DNA of 64,000 nucleotides from Escherichia coli (GTDB lineage Bacteria; Pseudomonadota; Gammaproteobacteria; Enterobacterales; Enterobacteriaceae): NCBI RefSeq assembly GCF_002854065.1, contig NZ_CP024147.1; one strand, 5' to 3'. Shown piece by piece: positions 44,982 to 56,181 of this stretch (position 1 is its first letter; each line of letters starts with the position of its first letter). The notes under the pieces were generated by a model. It saw only the letters and a program-made list of their open reading frames with translations, ran no database searches and was not told where the DNA came from. The position numbers and the translations under genes were made by a program.

Positions 44982-46648
44982 AAATGGCTTACCTGCGCCA
45001 GAAGTTGCTGGAGCGTTTGCGCACCATCGGTGTCGTTAACCACCATTTCAATCACCGTGGTGGTTGGCGTGCGCCAGGCGTCAGCAAGCGCCGTTTCAAG
45101 TTCCTGCCAGTTTTGCGGACGATGATATTTCAGCTCAAACATCGCGGCAGCGTGCTCAAAATGGACGTTTTGCGGCATCAGATAAAAACGCTCGCGCTCG
45201 CTTTTCGGCGTCGGCAGCAGCGAGAAAATTTGCCCGCCGTTGTTGTTCACCACAATTAATACCAGCGGCGCGGAAACCTGGCGCAATAACGACAGCGCAT
45301 TCAGGTCGTAAAGTGCGGAGAGATCGCCCACAATCGCCAGCGTCGGTTTGCCGCTTGCCCGCTGAACGCCGGCGGCAGTCGAGAGCAGCCCGTCGATACC
45401 GCTGGCCCCACGGTTGCTGTACACCGGGTAACCTGCCGGAAGTTGCGAAAGCGCATCAATCAGACGTACCACCAGGCTGTTACCGACAAACAATTGCCCC
45501 TGTTCAGGCAGATAGTCGCTGATGCGATGCGCCAGTTGCGCTTCGCCAAACGCATCGCGACGGGCAATAACCGCCTGCATTGCCTGTTCCGCCAGGCGCG
45601 GGATTTCAACGCACCAGGGCTGGCGTTTTTCTGCCGGATGCAGCTCCAGCCAGTCGGCAATATTGGCAATTAAGCGGCGTCCACGATGGTGTGCCGGATC
45701 AAGTCGCCCTTCAATGTCATCAACAATCCAGTACTCTTCTGGTTCACAGCTTGCCTGCCATTGCAGGAGCCGCTTGCCAGTCAGGCTGCTTCCCAGCTGC
45801 ACCACAATTTGCGCCTGTTGCAGTTCGCTGGTCGCTTTGGCATTGCCTAACCAAAGATCGGCACACGGCAGCGGCTGTCCGGTTTGCGACAGCACGTCGC
45901 CAATCAGCGGCCAGCCAAGAGTTTGCGCCCACAGGGCAACTTTTTTGCCCTCTTCCGCACTCATGCGCCCGGCAACCACCACGCCGCGCTTTTGCCGCCA
46001 GAAGAACCAGTCGCGCTGTTTTTCGCTCTCAAGACGAGGCGCTTCACGCAGCCACGGCTTATCATCCTGCCACCAGTCACCCAGACGCTGTTGCCAGCTA
46101 AGCCCAGTGTCGTCCATCTCGCCATACAGCGGTTCAGCAAACGGGCAGTTGATATGGACCCCACCAGCATGAAGCGTACCGAGAGCATGGTCGATGGTAG
46201 AAACCAGCCAACGTGCGGGGATATCCTGGGTCGGGCGCGGCAGTGAAATACTGTGCGTGGGGTGAGAGGCGAACATTCCCGGCTGACGAATCGCCTGATT
46301 CGCGCCGCAGTCAATTAGCTCCAGCGGGCGATCGGCGGTTAACAGGATCAGTTTTTCTCCGGTTAACCCAGCTTCAATCAGTGCCGGATAGAGATTTGCT
46401 ACCGCCGTGCCGGAGGTCACAATCACCGCCACCGGCTGCTTGCTAACTTTCGCCAGCCCCAGCGCCAGATGCCCCAGTCCACGCTCATCGAAATGGGTGT
46501 GGTGAATGAATGCGGAATTCTCCGCCGCCGCTAACGTTAACGGTGTAGAACGCGAGCCAGGGGCGATACAGATGTGTCTGACGCCGTGACGCGTTAATGC
46601 TTCCAGAATGACCGCCGCCCAGCGTCGGTTAAATGCGCTTACTGACAT
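44978..46648 (-). CDS. menD: SEPHCHC synthase (ThDP-dependent)
   Basis: ORF 44978..46999; start placed at [37 protein letters not shown] (556 aa). Confidence 0.95.
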   Translation of the reverse strand: MSVSAFNRRWAAVILEALTRHGVRHICIAPGSRSTPLTLAAAENSAFIHHTHFDERGLGHLALGLAKVSKQPVAVIVTSGTAVANLYPALIEAGLTGEKLILLTADRPLELIDCGANQAIRQPGMFASHPTHSISLPRPTQDIPARWLVSTIDHALGTLHAGGVHINCPFAEPLYGEMDDTGLSWQQRLGDWWQDDKPWLREAPRLESEKQRDWFFWRQKRGVVVAGRMSAEEGKKVALWAQTLGWPLIGDVLSQTGQPLPCADLWLGNAKATSELQQAQIVVQLGSSLTGKRLLQWQASCEPEEYWIVDDIEGRLDPAHHRGRRLIANIADWLELHPAEKRQPWCVEIPRLAEQAMQAVIARRDAFGEAQLAHRISDYLPEQGQLFVGNSLVVRLIDALSQLPAGYPVYSNRGASGIDGLLSTAAGVQRASGKPTLAIVGDLSALYDLNALSLLRQVSAPLVLIVVNNNGGQIFSLLPTPKSERERFYLMPQNVHFEHAAAMFELKYHRPQNWQELETALADAWRTPTTTVIEMVVNDTDGAQTLQQLLAQVSHL

Positions 46649-46736
46649 GAGTTTGTCCGGTATCAATATTGCGGCTAAGTATAAGGAGCTACAAAAATAG
46701 ATTATTGATATGAATCGGTAATGATGCGACTCATTA

Positions 46737-48032
46737 CTATTCCATTTGTAATAAAGTACGCAGCCCTGCCGCTTTGTTGTCGATTTCCTGCCACTCTTGC
46801 TCGGGGTCGGAGCCACGGACAATGCCCGCGCCAGCATATAGCCGCACGACATTGCCGCTGATTTTTGCTGAGCGCAGGGAAACGCAGAATTCGCTTTGCT
46901 GTAATGAGAGATAGCCCGCAGAACCGGCGTACCATTCTCGAGTGAACGGTTCGTGACGGGCGATAAACTGTCGCGCCAGATCGCGCGGTAAGCCAGCAAC
47001 TGCTGCCGTTGGCTGCAACTGATGTAAACAGATCACATCATCCGCTTTGTTGAGTGAAGTCCAGATACAGCGGCGAAGATGCTGCACTTTACGCAGACGC
47101 AGTACCTGCGGCGGTAAAACATCCAGCGTCTGGGTATCGGCCTGTAATCGTTGGCAGATATCTTCCACCACCAGCATGTTCTCGCGCTGGTTTTTATCAT
47201 CCGCCATCAGCCACTCTCCTAACTGCTGCGTCTGCTTATCATCAGGATGATTTGCTACTGTTCCCGCCAGCGCTTCAGTACGCAGCGCTTTGTCACGCCG
47301 CCGCCATAACCGTTCCGGTGAAGAGCCAAGAAAAGCATTTTCGCCATCAAAGGCCATGTAAAAATGGTAGCAATTCAGATTCAGTCGACGACTGGCCGCC
47401 ATCATCGCCGCCGCATTGACCGGACTTGCGAAATGCAGATCAGTTGCCCGAGCAAGCACCACTTTGTCGAGCTCACCTTCGGCGATGGTTTTCGTTGCTA
47501 GTTCGATTAATTGCGTCCAGCCCGTTTTGTCCGGCCAGTGTTGTTCTCGCGTAGTGGTTAAATGTAACCCAGGCAAGGGCTTGATACTCACCAGTGTGGC
47601 GATAAATTCTCTTGCCTTAATCGCATCGTGCTGAAGGGAGCTTTCGCTGAATAGCGTCAGCCGCAGCGTGGCTTTACCGCCACAGCGTCGCCATTCCAGG
47701 CGTGGTAAAAGTAAATTGCCCTGCGACGGGTCAAACGCATTCAGCCCCCAAATGCGTAAGTCGGCGTGTTCCGGGTGCTGGCGAAGAAAACGTTGTGCCT
47801 GGTCCAACGACGTAAAACGGGTAATCGCGCCCAGGACGGCAGCTTCTTCATCACCATTACGTTGTTGCCAGTAGAATTGCGGGTACGTTTGCTGACTGGC
47901 CAGCCAGCTCAAGGCATCAAAAGCGTCTTTGAGAGGGAAAGGAATATCGATAACCCGAATGCCGGGTGTCGCCGGAATCTCTTGCGACAAATGGCGCAGT
48001 AAATTTTCCAGCGCCGTAGTAAGTGATTGCAC
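46737..48032 (-). CDS. menF: Isochorismate synthase (menaquinone-specific)
   Basis: 431 aa; chorismate-binding family. Confidence 0.93.
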   Translation of the reverse strand: MQSLTTALENLLRHLSQEIPATPGIRVIDIPFPLKDAFDALSWLASQQTYPQFYWQQRNGDEEAAVLGAITRFTSLDQAQRFLRQHPEHADLRIWGLNAFDPSQGNLLLPRLEWRRCGGKATLRLTLFSESSLQHDAIKAREFIATLVSIKPLPGLHLTTTREQHWPDKTGWTQLIELATKTIAEGELDKVVLARATDLHFASPVNAAAMMAASRRLNLNCYHFYMAFDGENAFLGSSPERLWRRRDKALRTEALAGTVANHPDDKQTQQLGEWLMADDKNQRENMLVVEDICQRLQADTQTLDVLPPQVLRLRKVQHLRRCIWTSLNKADDVICLHQLQPTAAVAGLPRDLARQFIARHEPFTREWYAGSAGYLSLQQSEFCVSLRSAKISGNVVRLYAGAGIVRGSDPEQEWQEIDNKAAGLRTLLQME

Positions 48033-48110
48033 GCGGACCTCTCCCTGTTAAAAGCCTCACATTATACGGGGTACTTCAAAAAAAATGCAGTACCCCGGTG
48101 TAGGGAGGTT

Positions 48111-48416
48111 TTAACGGCGTGCCAGCAACAGTCCTAGTACCAGCCCAACGGCTGCGCCCACACCAATTCCTTGCCAGGGTTTTTCGTGGACGTAGTCATC
48201 AGCACGATAAACAGCCTGCTTCGCCCGATAGTAATAACTGTCTGAAGCCTGGCTAACCCGTTTTTTCACATCATCCAGCGCTTTTTCTGCACGCGCTTTC
48301 AGCTCAACATATTTCTGATCGGCGGGATCGCCAGAGGAGCGGAGCACCTCTTCCAGTGTTTCACTAAGCAGCGTCAGGTCGTCATCGATACGTGTATCAC
48401 CAAACTGATTAGACAT
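48111..48416 (-). CDS. elaB: Ribosome-associated membrane-anchored protein ElaB (DUF883)
   Basis: 101 aa; C-terminal membrane anchor GIGVGAAVGLVLGLLLARR. Confidence 0.85.
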   Translation of the reverse strand: MSNQFGDTRIDDDLTLLSETLEEVLRSSGDPADQKYVELKARAEKALDDVKKRVSQASDSYYYRAKQAVYRADDYVHEKPWQGIGVGAAVGLVLGLLLARR

Positions 48417-48470
48417 TCTCGTTCTCCATTTGCGTAAAACCTGTCACTAACTATAGACAAGGGTTATTGA

Positions 48471-48932
48471 TTACGCCTGAATTACCTCGCGTGCCATCCC
48501 AATGTGTGGGATACCATCTTCTTCATAGATCTCCGTCACAGGGATAAAACCGAAACTCTGGTAGAAGTTTTGCAGATGCGCCTGCGCCCCGAGGTAAACA
48601 GGCTTATCAGGCCAGTGATGCGTGCAAGTGTCGAGGGTTTTACTCATCAGTTGCTGCCCCACTTTTTCGCCACGCAACGCTTCACTGACAATCACCCGAC
48701 CAATAACGACCGGCTCAAGATCATCATCACTTTTCAGAATCCTCGCATACGCCACCAGTTCATCATTTTTCCAACCGAGAATATGGCGATTATCCCCCGT
48801 CAAATCATCACCATCGATATCCTGATAAGGGCAATTCTGCTCGACAACAAACACCGCGCAACGCAGTTGTAATAAGGCATAAAGCTGGGAAACCGATAAT
48901 TCAGAGTGATGCAGATCTTGCCATTCAATCAT
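48471..48932 (-). CDS. elaA: GNAT family N-acetyltransferase ElaA
   Basis: 153 aa; synteny. Confidence 0.85.
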   Translation of the reverse strand: MIEWQDLHHSELSVSQLYALLQLRCAVFVVEQNCPYQDIDGDDLTGDNRHILGWKNDELVAYARILKSDDDLEPVVIGRVIVSEALRGEKVGQQLMSKTLDTCTHHWPDKPVYLGAQAHLQNFYQSFGFIPVTEIYEEDGIPHIGMAREVIQA

Positions 48933-48996
48933 AATGCTCTCCTTTTAGATGTATGCCTTATACTAGCCGGAATATTTTTTGAAACGTGATGAACTC

Positions 48997-49914
48997 ATGG
49001 AATTAATTTTTTTAGGTACTTCAGCCGGTGTGCCAACCCGTACGCGCAATGTCACGGCAATATTGCTTAACCTGCAACATCCGACCCAAAGCGGTCTTTG
49101 GTTGTTTGACTGCGGTGAAGGCACCCAGCATCAGCTACTGCATACCGCCTTTAACCCTGGAAAACTGGACAAGATTTTTATCAGTCACCTTCATGGCGAT
49201 CATCTCTTTGGTTTACCCGGCTTGCTGTGCAGTCGTTCTATGTCTGGTATTGTCCAACCCTTAACGATTTATGGTCCGCAAGGTATCCGTGAATTTGTGG
49301 AGACCGCGCTGCGGATTAGCGGCTCATGGACCGATTATCCGCTGGAAATTGTCGAAATTGGCGCTGGCGAAATTCTCGATGATGGCCTGCGCAAAGTGAC
49401 CGCTTATCCAATGGAACACCCACTGGAATGCTATGGCTATCGTATTGAAGAACATGATAAACCGGGTGCATTAAATGCCCAGGCATTAAAAGCTGCTGGC
49501 GTACCGCCTGGCCCACTGTTTCAGGAATTAAAAGCGGGCAAAACAATCATGCTGGAAGATGGAAGGCAGATTAACGGCGCAGATTACTTAGCTGCTCCAG
49601 TGCCAGGTAAAGCACTCGCTATTTTCGGCGATACCGGCCCCTGCGATGCCGCACTTGACCTGGCTAAAGGTGTCGATGTCATGGTGCACGAAGCGACGCT
49701 GGATATAACCATGGAAGCCAAAGCCAATAGTCGCGGTCATAGCTCTACACGCCAGGCTGCGACACTGGCCCGTGAGGCTGGAGTCGGTAAGCTAATCATT
49801 ACCCACGTCAGCTCGCGCTATGATGACAAAGGTTGTCAGCACCTGTTACGTGAATGTCGGTCAATTTTCCCGGCGACTGAACTGGCGAATGATTTGGCCA
49901 TGTTTAACGTTTAA
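48997..49914 (+). CDS. rbn: Ribonuclease BN / RNase Z
   Basis: ORF 48979..49914; start placed at [14 protein letters not shown] (305 aa); metallo-beta-lactamase HxHxDH motif (HLHGDHLFG). Confidence 0.9.
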   Translation: MELIFLGTSAGVPTRTRNVTAILLNLQHPTQSGLWLFDCGEGTQHQLLHTAFNPGKLDKIFISHLHGDHLFGLPGLLCSRSMSGIVQPLTIYGPQGIREFVETALRISGSWTDYPLEIVEIGAGEILDDGLRKVTAYPMEHPLECYGYRIEEHDKPGALNAQALKAAGVPPGPLFQELKAGKTIMLEDGRQINGADYLAAPVPGKALAIFGDTGPCDAALDLAKGVDVMVHEATLDITMEAKANSRGHSSTRQAATLAREAGVGKLIITHVSSRYDDKGCQHLLRECRSIFPATELANDLAMFNV

Positions 49915-50101
49915 CTCTGCTTATTATTAAAAACAGGGCGAAACTTGCCCTGTTATCGCAACCCGCGCTACATATATCCACCCACACGGGCATATTGAGC
50001 GATTTTTGATATTTATTCATCTCATTACGCACTATATTCAGAGCAATAAGTTGCCTCTTTTTATCTTCATTCAGCACAACCTTTGCAACTAAAAGGAGCA
50101 T

Positions 50102-51206
50102 ATGATGGTTACAGTTGTCAGCAATTATTGTCAATTATCTCAAACCAAACTCAGTCAGACATTTGCAGAAAAATTTACTGTGACCGAGGAATTACTGCAG
50201 TCTTTAAAAAAAACAGCGTTATCCGGAGATGAAGAAAGTATTGAGTTACTGCATAACATTGCGTTAGGTTATGATGAATTTGGAAAAAAAGCTGAAGATA
50301 TTCTTTACCATATTGTTAGAAACCCAACAAATGAGACCCTATCGATTATCCGACTTATTAAAAATGCCTGTTTAAAATTATATAATTTGGCACATACCGC
50401 AACCAATTCCCACCTTAAACCAACTGCTCCGGATAATTCAGATGATCTCCTGTTCAAAAAGCTATCCTCCCCTTCGAAATTAATGACAATTATCGGCGAT
50501 GAAATTCCTCTTATATCTGAAAAACAGTCGCTTTCGAAGGTACTTTTAAATGATGAGAATAATGAACTGAGTGATGGTACAAACTTCTGGGATAAAAATC
50601 GTCAATTAACCACAGATGAAATAGATTGCTATCTTCAGAAGATCGCCGCTAATGCAAAAAATACTCAAGTCAATTATCCTACTGGTCTCTACGTCCCCTA
50701 CTCCACCAGAACTCATCTGGAAGACGCTCTCAATGATAATATTAAGAGCGATCCATCATGGCCGAAAGAAGTCCAGTTATTCCCCATAAATACTGGCGGA
50801 CACTGGATATTAGTTTCGCTACAGAAAATAGTAAATGAAAAAAAATAATACACAACAAATTAAATGCGTCATATTCAACTCATTGTGCGCACTAGGCCAT
50901 GATAAAGAAAATTCACTTAAGCATGTCATTAATAGTTTTAATTCTGAACTCATGGGAGAAATGTCGAATAATAATATAAAAGTTCATTTAACTGAACCCG
51001 AGATAATATTTTTACATGCCGCTCTTCAGCAGCATTTAAGCCAAAGTTGCGGTGCATTTGTGTGCATGGCAGCCCAGGAAGTGATTGAACAAAGGGAAAG
51101 CAATTCTGACAGCGCCCCCTATACGTTATTAAAAAACTATGCTGGCAGATTTAAAAATATTCAGCAGAAGAGCAGTACGAAATTGATTTTCAACATCGAC
51201 AGGTAA
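50102..51206 (+). pseudogene. elaD: CE-clan deubiquitinase-like protease ElaD, frameshifted in an A8 homopolymer
   Basis: Two overlapping ORFs in different frames (50102..50848 and 50835..51206); A8 run at 50838-50845; catalytic-type His (GGHWILVS) lies in the first ORF and Cys ([10 protein letters not shown]) in the second; low GC. Confidence 0.7.
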
Positions 51207-51710
51207 ACAGAAATTGTTATTTAGATAAATATGGCGATGCAAATATCAATCATTATTATAGAAACTTAGAAATAAAACACTCACAACCCAAAAATAGAGC
51301 ATCAAGCAAAAGAGTAAGTTAACATCATTGTTAATTAATTCGACTAGTCAGTAAATATGCTGACTGGTCGAACATAGTTTACTAAAAAGTCATCACTGAC
51401 TGATGTCAGTCACACCATCCGCCAGTTCAATCTTCGGGTATTTCCAGCGTATCTCGGCACGCGATTGCTGGTCTGTTGATGTAGTGGATTGTTGTTGCTG
51501 ACTTTTCTTACCCTCAGATTTCTGCCCCCTGTCAACTCAATCTGCCAATAAATAACATAATTATATTTTTCCTTATATGAATTCCTTTTTAAAATAGCGA
51601 AGCCACTGTAAAAGATACTTTTTGTATAGATCTAACAACCGTAATAAAACAAACAGTCATAACTCATTATAAATAATGATAAAATAACGTCTTTTATTGA
51701 TAATTTACAT

Positions 51711-52310
51711 ATGAAAAAAATTTTCCTTTTGTTATATTATTTCTGTTTTCCCTCCCTCTGATTATTTTTTACCAACCCTGGGTCACTGCATTATCGCCAA
51801 CGCCCCGACACGTAATTCCTGAGCAATGAGAAAAAACAGTTCGTTATCTTACACAAACTGTGCATCCACGTAATGCCGACAATATTGATAATCTGAATAG
51901 GTCCGTAGAGTATATAAAAGAGGTCTTTGTCAGTAGCGGTGCCAGAGTTACCGCGCAGGGCGTCCCCGATTGGCTATTACGACTCTGCGCCTGGAAGCCA
52001 GAATTACCCTTACCCGGCAATGTCCTGGCTTTATCCCGATCGGGGAGACTTTATTGCCGTGGTCGGCAGAATGCAGGATATCAACGCCGTTCGTCAGGTA
52101 AAAGCGGCATTGTTGTCATCTCAGGATTTATCTGTTTATTCTATGAATGCCCCAGGGTTTATTCCCGGTATTGATTTCTCTGATCACCTGAATTATTGGC
52201 AACACGATATTCCCGCCATAATGATTACTGACACCGCTTTTTATCGTAATAAACAATACCACTTGCCCGGTGATACCGCAGACAGATTGAATTATCAGAA
52301 AATGGCTTAG
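51711..52310 (+). pseudogene. yfbL: Decayed M28-family peptidase gene (yfbL-like remnant), interrupted by several frameshifts or stops
   Basis: ATG at 51711 encodes MKKIFLLLYYFCFPSL then a stop; downstream fragments in two frames (51860..52174 and 51927..52310), the last ending ...HLPGDTADRLNYQKMA; about 600 bp total versus roughly 1 kb expected. Confidence 0.5.
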
Positions 52311-52454
52311 GTAGTGGATGGTGTTATAACTTTGTTATACAACAGTAAATAATAAAAATTTCTCGAGGCGGGTCCAGAAAAAGCGACATGCACATTTTAT
52401 TTTCCCTCATCTGTTTTAAGATGCGAAACATGAAATTCAACGGAGGAAAAATAA

Positions 52455-52958
52455 ATGGGAATGATTGGCTATTTTGCAGAAATTGACTCAGAAAAGATTA
52501 ACCAACTGCTTGAGTCTACTGAAAAACCTTTGATGGATAATATACATGACACGCTTTCAGGATTACGCCGACTGGATATTGATAAACGCTGGGATTTTTT
52601 ACACTTTGGGCTGACAGGCACCTCTGCTTTTGATCCCGCGAAGAATGATCCGCTGAGTCGTGCCGTGCTTGGTGAACACAGCCTCGAAGATGGCATAGAT
52701 GGCTTCCTTGGATTGACCTGGAATCAGGAGTTAGCCGCGACAATCGACCGACTGGAATCACTGGATCGAAATGAACTGCGTAAACAGTTTTCCATTAAGC
52801 GACTCAATGAAATGGAGATTTATCCGGGAGTGACCTTTTCAGAAGAGTTAGAGGGGCAACTCTTTGCCTCGATCATGCTTGATATGGAAAAGCTGATTAG
52901 CGCGTATCGACGTATGCTGCGACAAGGGAATCATGCGCTGACGGTTATTGTTGGGTGA
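52455..52958 (+). CDS. yfbM: DUF1877 family protein YfbM
   Basis: 167-aa ORF; synteny. Confidence 0.8.
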   Translation: MGMIGYFAEIDSEKINQLLESTEKPLMDNIHDTLSGLRRLDIDKRWDFLHFGLTGTSAFDPAKNDPLSRAVLGEHSLEDGIDGFLGLTWNQELAATIDRLESLDRNELRKQFSIKRLNEMEIYPGVTFSEELEGQLFASIMLDMEKLISAYRRMLRQGNHALTVIVG

Positions 52959-52973
52959 TGGTGTCAGGGCTCC

Positions 52974-53000
52974 AAAAAAAACCGCCGAACATGTCGGCGG
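52974..53000 (-). terminator. Rho-independent terminator downstream of nuoN (end of the nuo operon)
   Basis: On the minus strand, hairpin ccgccgacatgttcggcgg followed by a T8 run. Confidence 0.6.
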
Positions 53001-53024
53001 CTTTCTGACTTACAAACTGATAGC

Positions 53025-54482
53025 TTACATCAGCGGCATTGCTAACCGCACAATGCTAATCAGCGGTTGTGGCCATACACCCAGTACCAGTACCAACAGT
53101 GCAGAGATCAGCACAACGATACCGCCTGCGCTGTACTGCCAGTTTGACGGTGCATCGCGACCCGGTTGTTCCGGTGCGTGCAGGTACAGGCTCACCGCCA
53201 CACGCAGGTAGTAGTAAAGGCCGATTGCCGAACCGACAACCACGGCACCCACCAGCCACCACAGGTGTGCCTGGACACCGACCGCCAGCACGTAGAACTT
53301 ACCGATAAAGCCCAGCGTCATCGGGATACCGGCCAGAGACAGCATCATCACCGTCATCACCGCCGCGAGGATCGGGCGATGCCAGAACAGACCGCGGTAA
53401 GAGAACAGGGAATCAGCATCCGGGCCACGATACGGGCTGGACATCAGGCTGACCACGCCGAACGCGCCGAGGCTGCTGAACAGATAACCGGCCAGGTAAA
53501 CCCCTACCGCTTCCATCGACATCTCGCCAGTTTGCAGCGCAATCAGCGCCACCAGCAGATAGCCGAGGTGAGAGATAGATGAGTAACCGAGCAGACGTTT
53601 GATATTGGTCTGGCTCAGCGCCATCAGGTTACCGAAGATGATGGAGGCAAAGGCGATAATCGCCAGCACCACACGAATCGCTTCGCTGTCACCCACCGGT
53701 GCGTAGAGGAACAGACGCATCACTACACCGAAGATAGCGATTTTGCTCGCCGTCGCCAGGAAAGTGGAAACCGGCGCAGGCGCGCCCTGGTATACGTCTG
53801 GCGTCCACAGGTGGAACGGCACCAGAGAGAGTTTGAAACCGAGGCCAACAATCATCAGACCGAAACCTGCCAGCAACAGCGGCTCGTTGAGCATACCGTC
53901 GCCGAGGTTTTTACCCAGCGCGACAAACGACAGGTCGCCAGACTGCGCATACACTAGCGCCATACCGAACAGCAGGAAAGAAGACGCTGCGGCAGAAAGG
54001 ATGGTGTATTTGATACTGGCTTCCAGCGAACGTTTCTGGCGGAAAGCGTAACCGACCAGGCCAAACAGCGGCAAAGAGATCAGTTCAATACCGAGGAACA
54101 GAGACGCCAGATGGTTGGCATTCGCCAGCAGGATCCCGCCCAGGGCGGCAATTAACACCAACAGGTAGAACTCATCCTTGTTGTCGTTATAGCCTTCAAG
54201 CCACGGGTAGGCGAAAGTACAGGTGGCGAGGCTCGCCAACAATACCAGCCCGGTGTAAAGCATGGCGAAACCATCAACGCGCATCAGCGGCGTAACGTCC
54301 ATAGCGCCCGCCTGGCCAACAAACCAGAGCGAAACCAGCGCCGCGTTAAGCCCAATAACCGAGAGCGTAGCGTTGAGGAAATGATTGCGTCGCCACGCAA
54401 TGGAGAGCATCACAACCACCACCGTCAAGCCGACGATCAGCAACGGTAGCAGTGCGATCAGGTTTTGTGGAGTTATTGTCAT
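53025..54482 (-). CDS. nuoN: NADH-quinone oxidoreductase subunit N
   Basis: 485-aa polytopic membrane protein; last gene of the nuo operon. Confidence 0.97.
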
Positions 54483-54488
54483 GGCGAT

Positions 54489-56018
54489 TTACGGCCTTGT
54501 AGTAGTAACGGAATTAACAAACCACTGCTGGATATTGCCAATCGCGGAGTGCGAGGTATCCAGAATCGGCTGCGGATAGAAGCCCAGCAGTACCAGCAGC
54601 ACCACCAGCAACAGGATCATAAACAGCTCACGCAGCGACATCCCTGGCAGTTCCTGGCTGGCAATCTGGCTTTTCGCTTTACCGAAGTAAGCGCGATGCA
54701 ACATCGCCAGCGAATAAACAGATGCAAAGACCAGCCCAAAGGTAGAAATAACGGTAATCACCGGGACAACCTGGAAGCTGCCGAACAGAATCATAAATTC
54801 GCCGACGAAGTTACCGGTGCCAGGCATCCCAAGCGTTGCCACCGCAAAGAACAGCGACAGTGCTGGCAGCCATTTCATCTTGCTCCACAGACCGCCCATC
54901 ATGCGCATGTCGCGGGTATGGATACGTTCATAAAGCTGACCGCAGAGAATAAACAGACCCGCCGCCGACAAGCCGTGCGCAATCATCTGGATTACCGCGC
55001 CCTGGTAGGCCAACTGGCTGCCGGTGTAGATAGCAATCAGCACGAAGCCCATGTGGGAAACCGAGGTGTAGGCGATCAGACGTTTGATATCGGTCTGGGC
55101 GAAGGCCATCCACGCACCGTAGAAGATGCCGATAACACCCAGCCACATAGCGATTGGCGCGAACTCTGCCGACGCATTTGGGAACAGCGGCAGGGAGAAA
55201 CGCAGCAAACCGTAAGCGGCAGTTTTCAGCAAGATCCCCGCGAGGTCAACGGAACCGGCGGTCGGAGCCTGGGAGTGCGCATCCGGCAGCCAGCCATGCA
55301 GCGGAACCACCGGCATTTTGACTGCGAAGGCGATGAAGAAGCCCAGCATCAACAGATATTCCACACCACTGGACATTGGCGTATTCAACAGCTCTTCATA
55401 GTTGAAGGTCCAGACGCCGGTCGCATTGTAGTGAACAAAAACCAGCGCCAGGATGGCGATCAACATCACCAGACCACTCGCCTGTGTGTAAATGAAGAAC
55501 TTGGTTGCCGCCGTGATACGCGTTTTACCGTCAGAGGCTTTATGCCCCCACAGTGCGATCAGGAAGTACATCGGCACCAGCATCATTTCCCAGAAGAAGA
55601 AGAACAGGAACATGTCGATGGCAAGGAACACGCCGATAACGCCGCCCAGGATCCACATCAGGTTGAGGTGGAAGAAGCCCTGATATTTTTCGATCTCTTT
55701 CCACGAACAGAGTACCGCCAGCACACCGAGCAGACCGGTCAGCACGACCATTAGCAGCGACAGCCCGTCAATGGCGAGATGGATAGAGATACCAAAACGC
55801 GGGATCCACGGCATGTCGAATTCAGACTGCCACTGCGGAATTCCGGCGGATTGCGTCAGTGAATAACCGCCCTGCAACCACAGTTGCAGCGACAGCGCCA
55901 GCGTCAATCCCATGGTGATCAGCGCGATCCAGCGCGGCACCTTGACGCCAAAGCGTTCGGTCTGCCAGCACAGGAAGCCGCCGATAAAGGGAATTAATAT
56001 TAGCCAGGGTAGTAACAT
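54489..56018 (-). CDS. nuoM: NADH-quinone oxidoreductase subunit M
   Basis: 509 aa; antiporter-like subunit. Confidence 0.97.
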   Translation of the reverse strand: MLLPWLILIPFIGGFLCWQTERFGVKVPRWIALITMGLTLALSLQLWLQGGYSLTQSAGIPQWQSEFDMPWIPRFGISIHLAIDGLSLLMVVLTGLLGVLAVLCSWKEIEKYQGFFHLNLMWILGGVIGVFLAIDMFLFFFFWEMMLVPMYFLIALWGHKASDGKTRITAATKFFIYTQASGLVMLIAILALVFVHYNATGVWTFNYEELLNTPMSSGVEYLLMLGFFIAFAVKMPVVPLHGWLPDAHSQAPTAGSVDLAGILLKTAAYGLLRFSLPLFPNASAEFAPIAMWLGVIGIFYGAWMAFAQTDIKRLIAYTSVSHMGFVLIAIYTGSQLAYQGAVIQMIAHGLSAAGLFILCGQLYERIHTRDMRMMGGLWSKMKWLPALSLFFAVATLGMPGTGNFVGEFMILFGSFQVVPVITVISTFGLVFASVYSLAMLHRAYFGKAKSQIASQELPGMSLRELFMILLLVVLLVLLGFYPQPILDTSHSAIGNIQQWFVNSVTTTRP

Positions 56019-56099
56019 GGCGATCTTTATTCCTTGTAAAAGTCCCGTCAGGACCGGATTTTCAACGAATTCTCACGACAGAAAATTCTCTTCGGACTG

Positions 56100-56145
56100 G
56101 GGGTAGTGTCGGATGCACCGCGAAGGAGGCTTATCCGACCTACGT
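56100..56145. repeat. REP-like palindromic element in the nuoL-nuoM intergenic region
   Basis: tgtcggatgcaccgcgaaggaggcttatccgacctacg. Coordinates approximate. Confidence 0.35.
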
Positions 56146-56181
56146 TCTTATATGCCCAGGGGCAATCCCACAATCCTTAAC

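Noticed and set aside
44978-46999. 673-aa version of menD
   Set aside because: The ORF runs upstream through the menD-menF intergenic region and into the menF 3' end; MenD starts at [10 protein letters not shown] (46648).
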